Below are positions 28,129-38,094 of a stretch of 64,000 nt of DNA, piece by piece. The DNA comes from an uncultured Gammaproteobacteria bacterium (GTDB lineage: Bacteria; Patescibacteriota; Patescibacteriia; Magasanikbacterales; GWA2-37-8). Each line of letters opens with the position of its first letter. Position 1 is the stretch's first letter. The position numbers were made by a program, and so were the translations under genes. The notes under the pieces are model-generated. The model saw only the letters and a program-made list of their open reading frames with translations, was not told the origin of the DNA and did no database searches. Location of the stretch: the NCBI GenBank assembly GCA_964439885.1, contig CAYTPE010000001.1, forward strand, positions 9,031-73,030, read 5' to 3'.

Positions 28129-30528
28129 TTAAAAACTGCGGCCAATAAAATCGACGACATTTTTCCCTACGGTCTCTATACTCTCTGAACTACATTGATC
28201 AATCGTATCACGCGGTGTATCGAGAAAGGAGTATGAGCCATTGATAAGCAAAATGCTCGGAATACCGGCAGTGGTAAGCGTGGTGTGGTCATCGAAAATT
28301 TCTCCGGCGGCGCGACCAGAAAAAATATGAGGGAACTCGGAATTTGCATACTTGGAAAAAGCGCTGGCGAGCGTAACCGCTCCGCCTGAACGCGGATCCT
28401 CGATGTTAACTCGATCATTTTTTCCGCACACTACGTCGAGCACGATGCCAAAGCTTGGCAGCACGGTTGAATAGTACTCGCTCAGGTGCCTGGAAAAATA
28501 CTGCGAGCCAAGCGGCTGCCACAATGCCCACGAGCTGGTTGGCAAACTGGCAATTTCATCGCCTTCTTCGCCGTCAAAGAAAACAAGATCGATTCCATAG
28601 GGAGGGGTGGTAGGGTGAGTACTCAAGTAGCGCGCAATTTCGAGCAGCATGGCCACACCGGAAGCCGAGTTATTGGCGCCCGGTGGAGAAACGAGATAGT
28701 TGCGTTTGTCGAATTTGGCGTACCGCATACTGTCGTAGTGCGTGGCAAGCATGATTCGGCTGGTATTCGTAGGGTTCAAACGACCAATGATATTTTGTAA
28801 ATGAAATACATACCCTTGCGCGTCAGTGTAATCAAACTGTTGCACAGACGTTGATACGCCCAAAGCGCGCAGCTCGGTGACAATAAATTTTTGTTCCTCG
28901 GCATGCCCAGGAGCGCTGAGATAGCGTGGCCCAAAACTGAGTTGCTTTTTTATGATACCAAGCATTTCGTTTCCTTCAATTGTGTCGTGCTCCGTGAGTT
29001 CGTCCTCTGTTAAAAGTGGCGACAAAAAATATTCTACGGGCGCGTAGTTGTCGGTAAAAAGCGGGGTGGCGCTCAAATCAAATCTATCTGGATCGATGCG
29101 ATGAGCGCTGAGGCCAGCAATGAGTGGGTCCGTGCTCTGTAGTACGGTTGGCGCGGAAAAGTTAATGGTCGACGTGCTGTTATAGCCTACAAAAATAATA
29201 TTCTGTGCGCGGGTAGAAGTGGGTGAATCGACAGCAAAAAAATAACTGTTTGGAAAAACAGAACGAAATGTCTTGATCTCCGACATGAGAAAAGAGGGGT
29301 CGCTGCGCGACAGGCTGCCAATAAGATTGGCCATGAAAATGCCTCCAGGAGCAAGCTTTTGTTTGGCAGCGGCAAAAAATTCTTGAGTGGTAAAGTGAGT
29401 CGGGATTGAATAGAGTGAATAGTAAACATCACTAAAAATGATATCGTACCGATGGGGAGTATCGTGCACAAAACGGCGACCATCTACCACAAAATTGGTG
29501 AGCCGGGGAGTGCTGGGAACGGCAAAATATTTTTTTGACAGGTCGAACAAACGTGGCTCAATTTCGGTAACATCAACGGTGGATGATGGAATTTTTTCCA
29601 GCACTGCTTTGGGAATAGAATACGCGCCGCCACCGAGCGCAAGCACGCGTGTGGCGTGGGGAGTAAAGAGGCGATAGAGCGAAATGTACTTTGTATAATC
29701 AAAAGCGAGCTCAGGATTATCCAAAAACATTGCTCCAGAGTTACTACGATCTTGCAGCAGAAAACGCGCAGGGCGACCGCGATAGGTGGTATCGTAAATA
29801 GTCAATTTTTCGTACACACCATCGTGGCTATACACGGTGCCGGCGTTGCCTAGTAGCGACAAAAAATGTAAGCCTACTGTAACAGCGACTACAAGACCAA
29901 GTTTAACAAATGTTTTTTTTTGAGCGCGCAAGCGAATAAGATTCGCGCCTCCCACAACAATAAGCACAGCGGCTACGATTTCCACAATACGATTGACGCC
30001 AAGGTGGGGGATAAGCACAAACCCCGCGCTGAGGCTGCCGGCAATACTACCGGCGGTGGACCAGAAAAAAATATCGCCCGCCACGCTGCCCGCTCCTTTG
30101 TGCGGATATTGCAAGGCCTGCAATTTAACGGAAAATGGCGAGAGCATGCCCAACATAAAACTCGGCAGAAAAAAAAGCAGGAGCGCCATCACGAGTGGGC
30201 CGCTCATGAGCGTGAGTGAGTATCCTACAAAGGGCAGTGCGATAAGTTGGAGTGCGTACATGAGTATCGTGGCCACACCACTGAGCGTTATGAGCCCATA
30301 AAAAAAAGTTTCGTTCGGATATCGATCGGCCACTCGTCCGCCTACATAATATCCAATGCTTAGAGCGGCAAGCACCACACTAATAATGCTCGAAACCGTA
30401 AAAATAGTGTTGCCAAAATAGGGTGACAAAATACGGGTGGCCACCACTTCGATAATAAGCACGCAGGCACCGGTGAGGAAGACCACAAAGGGGAGTAGTA
30501 TTTTTTTTGCATTGATCATATTAAACAA
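28129..30528 (-). CDS. Fused membrane domain + spermidine-synthase-like methyltransferase + C-terminal M28 peptidase domain
   Basis: EVVATRILSPYFGNT, LGGGAYS, VDGRRF, TDNYAPVE; then ATHYDS, GANNSASG, FFDGEE, DDH. Confidence 0.85.
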   Translation of the reverse strand: MFNMINAKKILLPFVVFLTGACVLIIEVVATRILSPYFGNTIFTVSSIISVVLAALSIGYYVGGRVADRYPNETFFYGLITLSGVATILMYALQLIALPFVGYSLTLMSGPLVMALLLFFLPSFMLGMLSPFSVKLQALQYPHKGAGSVAGDIFFWSTAGSIAGSLSAGFVLIPHLGVNRIVEIVAAVLIVVGGANLIRLRAQKKTFVKLGLVVAVTVGLHFLSLLGNAGTVYSHDGVYEKLTIYDTTYRGRPARFLLQDRSNSGAMFLDNPELAFDYTKYISLYRLFTPHATRVLALGGGAYSIPKAVLEKIPSSTVDVTEIEPRLFDLSKKYFAVPSTPRLTNFVVDGRRFVHDTPHRYDIIFSDVYYSLYSIPTHFTTQEFFAAAKQKLAPGGIFMANLIGSLSRSDPSFLMSEIKTFRSVFPNSYFFAVDSPTSTRAQNIIFVGYNSTSTINFSAPTVLQSTDPLIAGLSAHRIDPDRFDLSATPLFTDNYAPVEYFLSPLLTEDELTEHDTIEGNEMLGIIKKQLSFGPRYLSAPGHAEEQKFIVTELRALGVSTSVQQFDYTDAQGYVFHLQNIIGRLNPTNTSRIMLATHYDSMRYAKFDKRNYLVSPPGANNSASGVAMLLEIARYLSTHPTTPPYGIDLVFFDGEEGDEIASLPTSSWALWQPLGSQYFSRHLSEYYSTVLPSFGIVLDVVCGKNDRVNIEDPRSGGAVTLASAFSKYANSEFPHIFSGRAAGEIFDDHTTLTTAGIPSILLINGSYSFLDTPRDTIDQCSSESIETVGKNVVDFIGRSF

Positions 30529-30552
30529 CCAACAGTGAACGGTCTATTTTTT

Positions 30553-30621
30553 TGTCATTCCCGCCGGAGCGGGAATCTCGGGTATATAACGAAGTGGATT
30601 CCCGTTTGCACGGGAATGACA
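30553..30621. repeat. Intergenic double-hairpin REP-like element (TGTCATTCCCG...CGGGAATGACA)
   Basis: ATTCCCG-N6-CGGGAAT occurs twice; same family as 21759-21835. Confidence 0.85.
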
Positions 30622-30720
30622 GACGGTAAATCGGGTGCTATATTCTAATTGTAAACAGTATAGCATGGGGTGTCTATAAAGGAAATAAAAAACACAGCTT
30701 ACGTCTGTGTTTTTTATGTG

Positions 30721-30794
30721 TCGGGCTGACACGACTTGAACGTGCGACCTCATGCACCCCATGCATGCGCTCTAGCCAACTGAGCTACAGCCCG
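30721..30794 (-). tRNA. tRNA-Pro (GGG), CCA not encoded
   Basis: Cloverleaf CGGGCTG.../CATGC-AT-GGG-GT-GCATG/..GTTCAAGTC..CAGCCCGA. Confidence 0.93.
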
Positions 30795-30887
30795 GTGCTT
30801 CGTTTGCCTGTGGCGAACTACGCACCGTAAACTTTTACAAAACTGAAAGTTCACTGGGCGTAATTACAACAGAGTCGAAGTGAAGAC

Positions 30888-30964
30888 TGGTCGGGATACC
30901 GGGATTTGAACCCGGAATCTCGTCGTCCCGAACGACGCGCCTTAGCCAATTAGGCCATATCCCG
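30888..30964 (-). tRNA. tRNA-Pro (CGG), CCA encoded
   Basis: Cloverleaf CGGGATA.../CGTCG-TT-CGG-GA-CGACG/..GTTCAAATC..TATCCCGACCA. Confidence 0.93.
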
Positions 30965-31054
30965 TTTGAATATCCAGAGCATATCACACTTGGCTTTGCT
31001 TTTCAAGGACATGCGGAGTGTGCTACAATTGCCTCATTCATTTCTCACAATTCT

Positions 31055-32089
31055 ATGATTACTCTCAAAAACTATTTTAAAGAAGCTATTAAACAAGACG
31101 CGTCCGACCTGCATTTGGTAGGTGATGAAAAGCCACTCATCAGAATTGAGGGCGAACTCAAAGAGCTTGAAGATAAACCACTGGCGAACAAAGAGCTTGA
31201 AACAGCTTTGTTTGGCTTGATTGATAAAGACCAGCAAGCTCGCTATGAAGAAGAAAAAGAGCTTGATTTTGGCTATGAACTCGACGGCGTTCGCTTTCGC
31301 GTGAATCTGCACCAAGAAAGCGGCCGCATTGGCATGGCAGCGCGCCTGATTCCGGCCGAGATCCCGGCTTCCACCGACTTGCATTTTGAACCACAGTTAC
31401 TGGAGTTGCCAAAATTGCTCGATGGCCTCATTCTCGTCACCGGCCCCACTGGCAACGGTAAATCCACCACCATCGCGAGCATGATCGAAGAAATAAATAA
31501 AACACGCAAAGCGCACATTGTAACCGTGGAAGATCCAATCGAATTTGTTTTCAAAGATAAAATGAGCCTGGTGGAGCAGCGTGAAGTAGGCACCGACACG
31601 AAATCGTTTGCCACCGCGCTCAAATACGTGCTCCGCCAGGATCCAAACGTCATCTTCGTTGGCGAAATGCGCGACCCCGAAACCATCGCCACGGTGCTCA
31701 CTGCCGCCGAAACTGGTCACCTCGTATTTTCTACACTCCACACCAGTAGTGCCGCTGAAGCAATTGAGCGTATCGTGGATGTATTTGAAGGTAGCAAGCA
31801 GAAACAAGTACTGATTCAGCTTTCGGCAGTGCTACGCGCCGTGATTTCGCAGCAGCTCGTACCGGCCAAAGACGGTGGTCGCGTACCAGCTCGTGAGATA
31901 CTCATGAATACTCCAGCCGTTGCCAATTTGATTCGTGAGAACAATATCGCGCAAATTAAATCCACCATTCAAACAAGTAGCAAAGACGGTATGATCAGTT
32001 TGGAAAATTCACTCAAGCAGCTGGTAAAAGAAGGGTGGATTACCGAAGAGGTGGCAGAGAATAGGATGGGGACGCGGAAGAAGATTTAG
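31055..32089 (+). CDS. pilT: Type IV pilus retraction ATPase PilT/PilU
   Basis: ASDLHL, GPTGNGKSTT, TVEDPIE, LRQDPNVIFVGEMRD, AETGHLVFSTLHT, AVANLIRE. Confidence 0.95.
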   Translation: MITLKNYFKEAIKQDASDLHLVGDEKPLIRIEGELKELEDKPLANKELETALFGLIDKDQQARYEEEKELDFGYELDGVRFRVNLHQESGRIGMAARLIPAEIPASTDLHFEPQLLELPKLLDGLILVTGPTGNGKSTTIASMIEEINKTRKAHIVTVEDPIEFVFKDKMSLVEQREVGTDTKSFATALKYVLRQDPNVIFVGEMRDPETIATVLTAAETGHLVFSTLHTSSAAEAIERIVDVFEGSKQKQVLIQLSAVLRAVISQQLVPAKDGGRVPAREILMNTPAVANLIRENNIAQIKSTIQTSSKDGMISLENSLKQLVKEGWITEEVAENRMGTRKKI

Positions 32090-32290
32090 TCGGTTTTGGA
32101 GACATAGCCACGCCCCACCCTGGGGCTGGTTTTATTTTGGTTTTGTGTTATACTCTTTGAAAATGTCAAGTATCAAATTTCTAATGCCAAATAAAAAGCA
32201 CATTATCCAATTTTCAATACAATATATTTGATATTTGAGCTTAAAATTTGATTGGAAATTCGTCATTTGTCATTTGACATTTACTGATGT

Positions 32291-33808
32291 ATGGACGGGA
32301 AAGAGGTATTTGAACTTATAGCCACAATCGCCAAACATAATAAAACTCCAACATATATCGTCGGTGGTTTTGTGCGTGACGCGCTGCTCGGTCGCGGGCA
32401 AAAAAAGGACATTGATTTTGTGGTGGTTGGTTCCGGCATTGCATTCGCAAAAAAATTTGATGAGGCAATGAAGCAGTCAGGCTCGCTTATTGAGTTTCCC
32501 GATTTTGATACGGCGCGGTATGTCATAAATCCCCGCTTGGGCGGGGAGCCGTCCGCCTTGGCGGCGGACGGGGGGTGGGTTGGTGAGAGCAACGAAACAC
32601 TTGTTTTGGAATTCGCGGGAGCGCGTACCGAAAAGTATGACGAGAAATCACGCAAACCAAAAGTGGAGGCAGCTAGTTTGGAAAAAGATTTGGAGAGACG
32701 AGATTTTACTGTGAATGCAATGGCAATAGATGTAACGAAATACGAAAGGTACGAAAATACGAAAGAGATAAGTGATATAGCGATTGATCCATTCAACGGT
32801 CGGCAAGACCTTGAAGATAAAATTTTGCGCACGCCGCTCGATCCGGATGTTACATTTAGTGACGATCCGCTACGTATGCTTCGCGCAGTGAGGTTCGCGG
32901 CTCAGCTTAATTTCAGTATCGAACCAAAAACACTCGAAGCCGTTCATCGAAATCGTGAGCGAATGAAAATCATTTCCGGTGAGCGAGTGCAAGAAGAACT
33001 TATTAAACTGATGGCGACTCCCGTGCCATCAATCGGACTGCAACTTATGTGGACCACAGGGCTCATGGATGTGGTACTCCCCGAAGTGTCGGCCCTGGAC
33101 GGTGTGGAAGAAATTTTTGGTCACCAACACAAAAACAATCTCGTACATAGTATCAAAGTAGTCGACAACATCGCCGAGTGGTCCACGAACCCGTGGCTAC
33201 GCCTCGCCGGGCTTCTCCACGACATTGGCAAACCCGGTACCAAGCAATTCCTCCCCAAAATTGGGTGGAGCTTTCACGCGCACGAGCACCTCGGTAAAAA
33301 ATTGTTTTATAACGTCGCGCGCCGCCTCAAACTCTCCAAAGAAAAAACCGATTATATCGCTAAGCTTATCCGCTGGCATCTACAGCCAATCGCGCTCATG
33401 GACGAAGGTATTACCGACTCGGCAGTGCGCCGGCTCATTGTCACAATGGGGGAGGAACTGGAGGATCTGCTCATCCTCGGTAAAGGTGACATTACTACGG
33501 GCAACCCGTATAAAAAAGAAAAAAGATTAAAGAATTACGATCGTTTGCGTTCAACGATTGATGACTTGATTGAGCGAGATAAACTCCGCGCCTTCCAGTC
33601 TCCGGTGCGCGGTGATGAGATAATGCAGCTGTGTGGGCTTAAACCTGGGCCAACGGTGGGTAAAATAAAAGAAGCCATTGAAGAAGCTATTCTCGACGGT
33701 AAAATTCCGAACGAGTATGACGCGGCGAAACAGTATTTCGAAGAGATTAAAGACGAGTATCTGAAAGAAGCAGCGCGATGGGAAAGAGAGGAAAATGGTA
33801 CGGAGTAA
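32291..33808 (+). CDS. cca: CCA tRNA nucleotidyltransferase with HD domain; two repeat-derived in-frame insertions
   Basis: VGGFVRD..KDIDF, DLERRDFTVNA, DDPLRMLRAVRF, ERVQEEL, LLHDIGK. Confidence 0.9.
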   Translation: MDGKEVFELIATIAKHNKTPTYIVGGFVRDALLGRGQKKDIDFVVVGSGIAFAKKFDEAMKQSGSLIEFPDFDTARYVINPRLGGEPSALAADGGWVGESNETLVLEFAGARTEKYDEKSRKPKVEAASLEKDLERRDFTVNAMAIDVTKYERYENTKEISDIAIDPFNGRQDLEDKILRTPLDPDVTFSDDPLRMLRAVRFAAQLNFSIEPKTLEAVHRNRERMKIISGERVQEELIKLMATPVPSIGLQLMWTTGLMDVVLPEVSALDGVEEIFGHQHKNNLVHSIKVVDNIAEWSTNPWLRLAGLLHDIGKPGTKQFLPKIGWSFHAHEHLGKKLFYNVARRLKLSKEKTDYIAKLIRWHLQPIALMDEGITDSAVRRLIVTMGEELEDLLILGKGDITTGNPYKKEKRLKNYDRLRSTIDDLIERDKLRAFQSPVRGDEIMQLCGLKPGPTVGKIKEAIEEAILDGKIPNEYDAAKQYFEEIKDEYLKEAARWEREENGTE

Positions 33809-33900
33809 GCAGTGAATCGTTTACTCCTTATTCTTTACTCTTTACTCTTTTGAAAAAGCATGGTATGATAAGTATGAAATTACATATTTAACTTTTTTCT

Positions 33901-34122
33901 ATGGCGACACGCAAAAAACGCCATGACGAAGCCCATTTTAGCGGGACGGCCGTGCTCGGTGAACGAGGGCAAGTGGTGATACCCAAAGAAGCCCGTGCCC
34001 AGATGGAGCTGAAGCCCGGCGATACGTTTGTGGTTATGGCTCACAACGGGGCGGTCATATTTTTACCCAAAAAGAAAATGGAGGCGTTTATTAAGCAGAT
34101 GACTGCGAAATTGCATCTCTAA
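33901..34122 (+). CDS. AbrB/MazE/SpoVT-family DNA-binding protein
   Basis: GERGQVVIPKEAR..LKPGD; first gene of the exporter operon. Confidence 0.9.
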   Translation: MATRKKRHDEAHFSGTAVLGERGQVVIPKEARAQMELKPGDTFVVMAHNGAVIFLPKKKMEAFIKQMTAKLHL

Positions 34123-34127
34123 AAAAT

Positions 34128-35747
34128 ATGAGTACAGCTTTTTTTAAAAAGAAATCATTCTACATTCCAGCCATGATTGTGGTGTTGGTGGCAGTATTTA
34201 TTGTCTATCGGAACTACAAAAAAGCCAATCAACCACCCAACTATGAAATGGCCACCGTCACACGCACAGACCTCGTCCAAAAAGTAGAAGCGACCGGCAA
34301 TGTGGAATCAGTGAACGACCTCGATTTACGATTCGAAACTCCCGGAACGCTCACCTATGTGGCTGTAAAAGAAGGTGATCATGTGCGCGCTGGTACGCTT
34401 CTGGCCAATTTGAATTTGGCTGCCCTGAACGCTCAGGTTGCGCAGGCCAATGCCAATTTGCAACAGCATCTTGCCGGCTCAACCGACCAGGATATTGCTT
34501 TTTACGCTTCGGCTGTGGAAGCTGCTCGTGTATCGCTCGAACAAGCCAAAGCAAACGCTGGTGTGGACGCAACAGTAGTCGGCGGGATAAGCATCTCCGG
34601 TAGCGCGTATGCGAATGCAGTTACGACGCTGCAGGCATCACTCGGTAAAATGGATGATGCTATTACACAAGCGGACAACATTTTGGGCATTGATAATACG
34701 ATTGCAAACCAAAATTTCAAAAATTATCTCAGCAGCGGCAACCCAGTTCTAATGAATGACGCCGGTTTCATGTATGCTGATGCGAAGGCAAAACGTGATG
34801 CGGCTCGCAGTGCCATTGCATCGCTTAGTTTGGTAAGCACCCCTTCGGCAGTCGAGTCGGCTTTTGCCCCTGCCACCGCATCGCTCACTTCTATTAGTAC
34901 GCTACTCGGACAAGTGGGCCAAATTCTTAACGCAACCGTGCCACAAGGCAGTTTGACGCAGGATTTGCTTGATGCTAAGAAAACAATTATCACGACGTCT
35001 CGTTCCGGAGTCAATACAACCCTTACGAGCATTGCGAGCGCCGTGCAGGCGATTGCTGACGCGAAAGTGGCCGTGAACGCCAAACAGGCGGCGTATGACC
35101 AAGCAGTGGCGAACTATCAGGCTCGTACGGTACCGCCACGTGAAGTTGATGTGGCGTCATATCGTGCCGCACTTTCGGCAGCCGTAGCAGCGCGTGATAA
35201 AGCAGTAATTCGCGCGCCGATCGATGGCGTCATCGCGAAAGTAAACAAAAAGCGTGGTGAACTCGTAACATCGGCCGATGTGGCTATCCAAATGGTATCA
35301 CCGCATTTCGAAGTGAAAGTTGATATCCCCGAAACCGATGTATCCAAACTCAAATTGAACGACCCGGTGGATATCACGCTTGATGCCTTCGGCCCGGAAA
35401 CCAAATTCAGCGGTGTGATTACAGCGATCGACCCGGCCTCCACTGTTATCCAAGATGTGGTGTACTACAAAGTAACGGTAGCCTTGAACGATACGGATCA
35501 AGCGATCAAACCAGGGATGACGGCAAACGTATCGGTGACCACCGACAAACGCGATGCCACACTCTCGATCCCAGTACGCGCGGTGCGCACCAACGATGAC
35601 GGTAGTAAGAGTGTGCGTATTCTGGAAAACAAGAATCAAGAAAAGAGTGTCCCCGTAACACTCGGCCTGAAAGACAGTGAAGGACGCGTGGAAGTGGTGA
35701 GCGGCCTTACGGAAGGACAACAGATTATTGTGAGCACCAAGCAATAA
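34128..35747 (+). CDS. Efflux periplasmic adaptor (membrane-fusion protein, MacA-like) with a long helical hairpin
   Basis: N-terminal TM, VKEGDHVRAG, IRAPIDG, IPETDV, KPGMTANV, EVVSGLTEG. Confidence 0.9.
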   Translation: MSTAFFKKKSFYIPAMIVVLVAVFIVYRNYKKANQPPNYEMATVTRTDLVQKVEATGNVESVNDLDLRFETPGTLTYVAVKEGDHVRAGTLLANLNLAALNAQVAQANANLQQHLAGSTDQDIAFYASAVEAARVSLEQAKANAGVDATVVGGISISGSAYANAVTTLQASLGKMDDAITQADNILGIDNTIANQNFKNYLSSGNPVLMNDAGFMYADAKAKRDAARSAIASLSLVSTPSAVESAFAPATASLTSISTLLGQVGQILNATVPQGSLTQDLLDAKKTIITTSRSGVNTTLTSIASAVQAIADAKVAVNAKQAAYDQAVANYQARTVPPREVDVASYRAALSAAVAARDKAVIRAPIDGVIAKVNKKRGELVTSADVAIQMVSPHFEVKVDIPETDVSKLKLNDPVDITLDAFGPETKFSGVITAIDPASTVIQDVVYYKVTVALNDTDQAIKPGMTANVSVTTDKRDATLSIPVRAVRTNDDGSKSVRILENKNQEKSVPVTLGLKDSEGRVEVVSGLTEGQQIIVSTKQ

Positions 35748-35884
35748 AACTCTAAATACGAAACCCTAAACTCTAAACAAACTCAAATTTTTAATCACCT
35801 ACATTCAAAAGGTGGTTTCGTAATGTGGTATGTGAGTTTTGAAATTGTTTAGGATGTAGAGTTTAGAACTTAAAATTTGAAGGT

Positions 35885-36607
35885 ATGTCATTAATCCAGA
35901 TCATTGATTTAAAAAAGGATTATGTGAACGAGGAGCTCGTCACCCCTGTTCTGAAAGGTCTCAATTTCAGTATCGAAAAAGGGGAATTTGTCTCCATCAT
36001 GGGGCCGAGCGGTTCCGGCAAATCGACGCTCATGCATATTCTGAGCTTCATGGACAAACTCTCCACGGGTAAATATCTCTTTGATGGGCAGGATGTAAGC
36101 ACGCTTACCGACGATGAACTGGCCGAGATGCGCAGTACCAAGGTAGGCTTTGTGTTCCAGGCTTTTAATTTGCTCCCTCGCGCCAGCTCGCTCGAAAATG
36201 TGGTGTTGCCACTTATCTATAGCAAAACAGCCGCCGCAAAACGCGAACAGCGCGGTAAACAACTGCTTGAGTCAGTTGGCCTATCGCATCGCCTCGCCAA
36301 TACGCCAGCGCAGCTCTCGGGTGGTGAAAAGCAACGCGTGGCGATCGCTCGCGCGCTCGTGAACAATCCGGATGTTATTTTTGCGGACGAGCCAACTGGT
36401 AACCTCGACTCCAAGTCCGGCCTCGCGGTGATGAAAATTTTACAGCAGCTCAACGACGAAGGGCGTACGATTATACTCGTCACCCACGAACGCTTCACCG
36501 CCGAGCACGCTAAACGTATTTTGGAAATTCGCGACGGCCTCATCATAAAAGATGAAGCAGTCAAAAATCGTCAGATCGCGAAGGAGCGGGAGGAATTGGC
36601 GAAGTAA
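35885..36607 (+). CDS. ABC transporter ATP-binding protein (MacB/LolD-like)
   Basis: GPSGSGKST, LSGGEKQRVAIARAL, FADEPTGNLD, VTHE. Confidence 0.96.
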   Translation: MSLIQIIDLKKDYVNEELVTPVLKGLNFSIEKGEFVSIMGPSGSGKSTLMHILSFMDKLSTGKYLFDGQDVSTLTDDELAEMRSTKVGFVFQAFNLLPRASSLENVVLPLIYSKTAAAKREQRGKQLLESVGLSHRLANTPAQLSGGEKQRVAIARALVNNPDVIFADEPTGNLDSKSGLAVMKILQQLNDEGRTIILVTHERFTAEHAKRILEIRDGLIIKDEAVKNRQIAKEREELAK

Positions 36608-36631
36608 TGTGTTTTACCGGAGCATTTATTT

Positions 36632-36735
36632 TGTCATCCTGAGGCCACAGCCGAAGGATCCCTCTCCACCAATCGAAAGGGATTCTTCCCGCCAAAGGCG
36701 GATAGGCGGGGGTGTTAACCCCACTCAGAATGACA
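36632..36735. repeat. REP-like element with TGTCATCCTGAG/CTCAGAATGACA ends and a nested CCGCC-AAA-GGCGG hairpin
   Basis: 11/12 terminal inverted repeat; internal GAAGGATC/GATTCTTC pair. Confidence 0.75.
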
Positions 36736-36770
36736 ATTGTCCTTTTTGAGATATTTGGTAATCCATCATC

Positions 36771-38006
36771 ATGTTATTCGAAAATCTCAAATCAGCCTGG
36801 CAAATTATTTCCCGCAACAAAGTGCGGTCGTTTTTGACGATGCTTGGAATTATTATTGGTGTCATGTCAGTCGTCGTCATTATGTCCGTAGGTGCCGGCG
36901 CGCAAAGTCTTATCATCAACCAAATCAATAGCCTTGGATCGAACTTAGTGGGCATCTTACCCGGTAAGTCGGACGACAACGGGCCACCGGCAGCAGTCTA
37001 CGGCATTGTTATTACCACGCTTAAAGATAGCGATGGCACGGCTATATTGAATTCAGGCAACCCTCATGTTGTGGCATACTCGTCATATGTGCGTGGTGCC
37101 GACACGGTAACGACCGATGAATCCAAAACCGATACGACGTTTATGGGTGTGAGTGCATCGTACCCGAATGTGGAAAATATCTCGATGGCCGAAGGGCACT
37201 TCTTTACGCATGATGATGAGGTGGGCGTAGAGCGAACAGCGGTGCTCGGCAGCGCGGTGGCGCATGATTTGTTTGGCGACCAGAGCGCACTCGGACGACG
37301 AATAAAAATTAAAAAAACAAATTTTCAAGTGGTAGGCGTGCTTGCGTCGCGCGGGCAAAGTGGATTCCAAAATCAAGATGATCAAATTCTTGTGCCGGTT
37401 ACGACCGCGCAGAAATTGTTGCTTGGCATCGATCATGTAAATTTTATTCGGGTGAAAATAGATGACGCTGCGTATGTGGATAGCTCGATGGAAGAAATTC
37501 GCTCCATACTGCGTGATCGACACAACATCGTAAACGCGGAAAACGATGACTTTTCGGTTCGCTCCACCAATCAAGGAGTGGATGTGTTGCTGAATATTAC
37601 TAACGCTCTCAAATTTTTTCTCGCTGCCATTGCCGCTATTTCGCTCGTGGTTGGCGGTATCGGCATTATGAATATTATGCTGGCAGCCGTGGAAGAGCGC
37701 ACCAAAGAAATCGGCTTACGAAAAGCCATTGGTGCCAAGCGGCGTAATATTATCAGTCAATTTTTGGTGGAAACGGTACTCATCACGTTTTTGGGGGGTG
37801 CTATTGGCATACTACTCGGTAGTTTGCTCGCGGTCACAGTGGCCAAAGTCGCGCAAGGCATGGGGTATCAGTGGGATTTGGTAATCACTTGGTCGTCGGT
37901 GATACTCGGCTGCGTCGTTTCTATTTCCATTGGCCTCATCTTCGGACTCAACCCAGCACGCCGCGCCGCCGCCCTTGATCCGATGGTGGCGTTACGGTAT
38001 GAATAA
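36771..38006 (+). CDS. MacB-like ABC permease (FtsX domain)
   Basis: RSFLTMLGIIIGV, SLVVGGIGIMNIM, ERTKEIGLRKAIGA, PARRAAALDP. Confidence 0.95.
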   Translation: MLFENLKSAWQIISRNKVRSFLTMLGIIIGVMSVVVIMSVGAGAQSLIINQINSLGSNLVGILPGKSDDNGPPAAVYGIVITTLKDSDGTAILNSGNPHVVAYSSYVRGADTVTTDESKTDTTFMGVSASYPNVENISMAEGHFFTHDDEVGVERTAVLGSAVAHDLFGDQSALGRRIKIKKTNFQVVGVLASRGQSGFQNQDDQILVPVTTAQKLLLGIDHVNFIRVKIDDAAYVDSSMEEIRSILRDRHNIVNAENDDFSVRSTNQGVDVLLNITNALKFFLAAIAAISLVVGGIGIMNIMLAAVEERTKEIGLRKAIGAKRRNIISQFLVETVLITFLGGAIGILLGSLLAVTVAKVAQGMGYQWDLVITWSSVILGCVVSISIGLIFGLNPARRAAALDPMVALRYE

Positions 38007-38094
38007 TTATTGAAAAGTTATTAAAAAATTATTAAGAAATTATTGTGTGAAAATATTAAAATAATTTTTCAATAATTTCTTAATAATTTTAAAA

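Noticed and set aside
30553-30964. Prophage or integrative element at the tRNA-Pro genes
   Set aside because: No integrase, phage genes or duplicated tRNA 3' end seen
33901-34122. Toxin-antitoxin module
   Set aside because: The AbrB-fold gene has no adjacent toxin and heads an exporter operon, so a transcriptional regulator is more plausible
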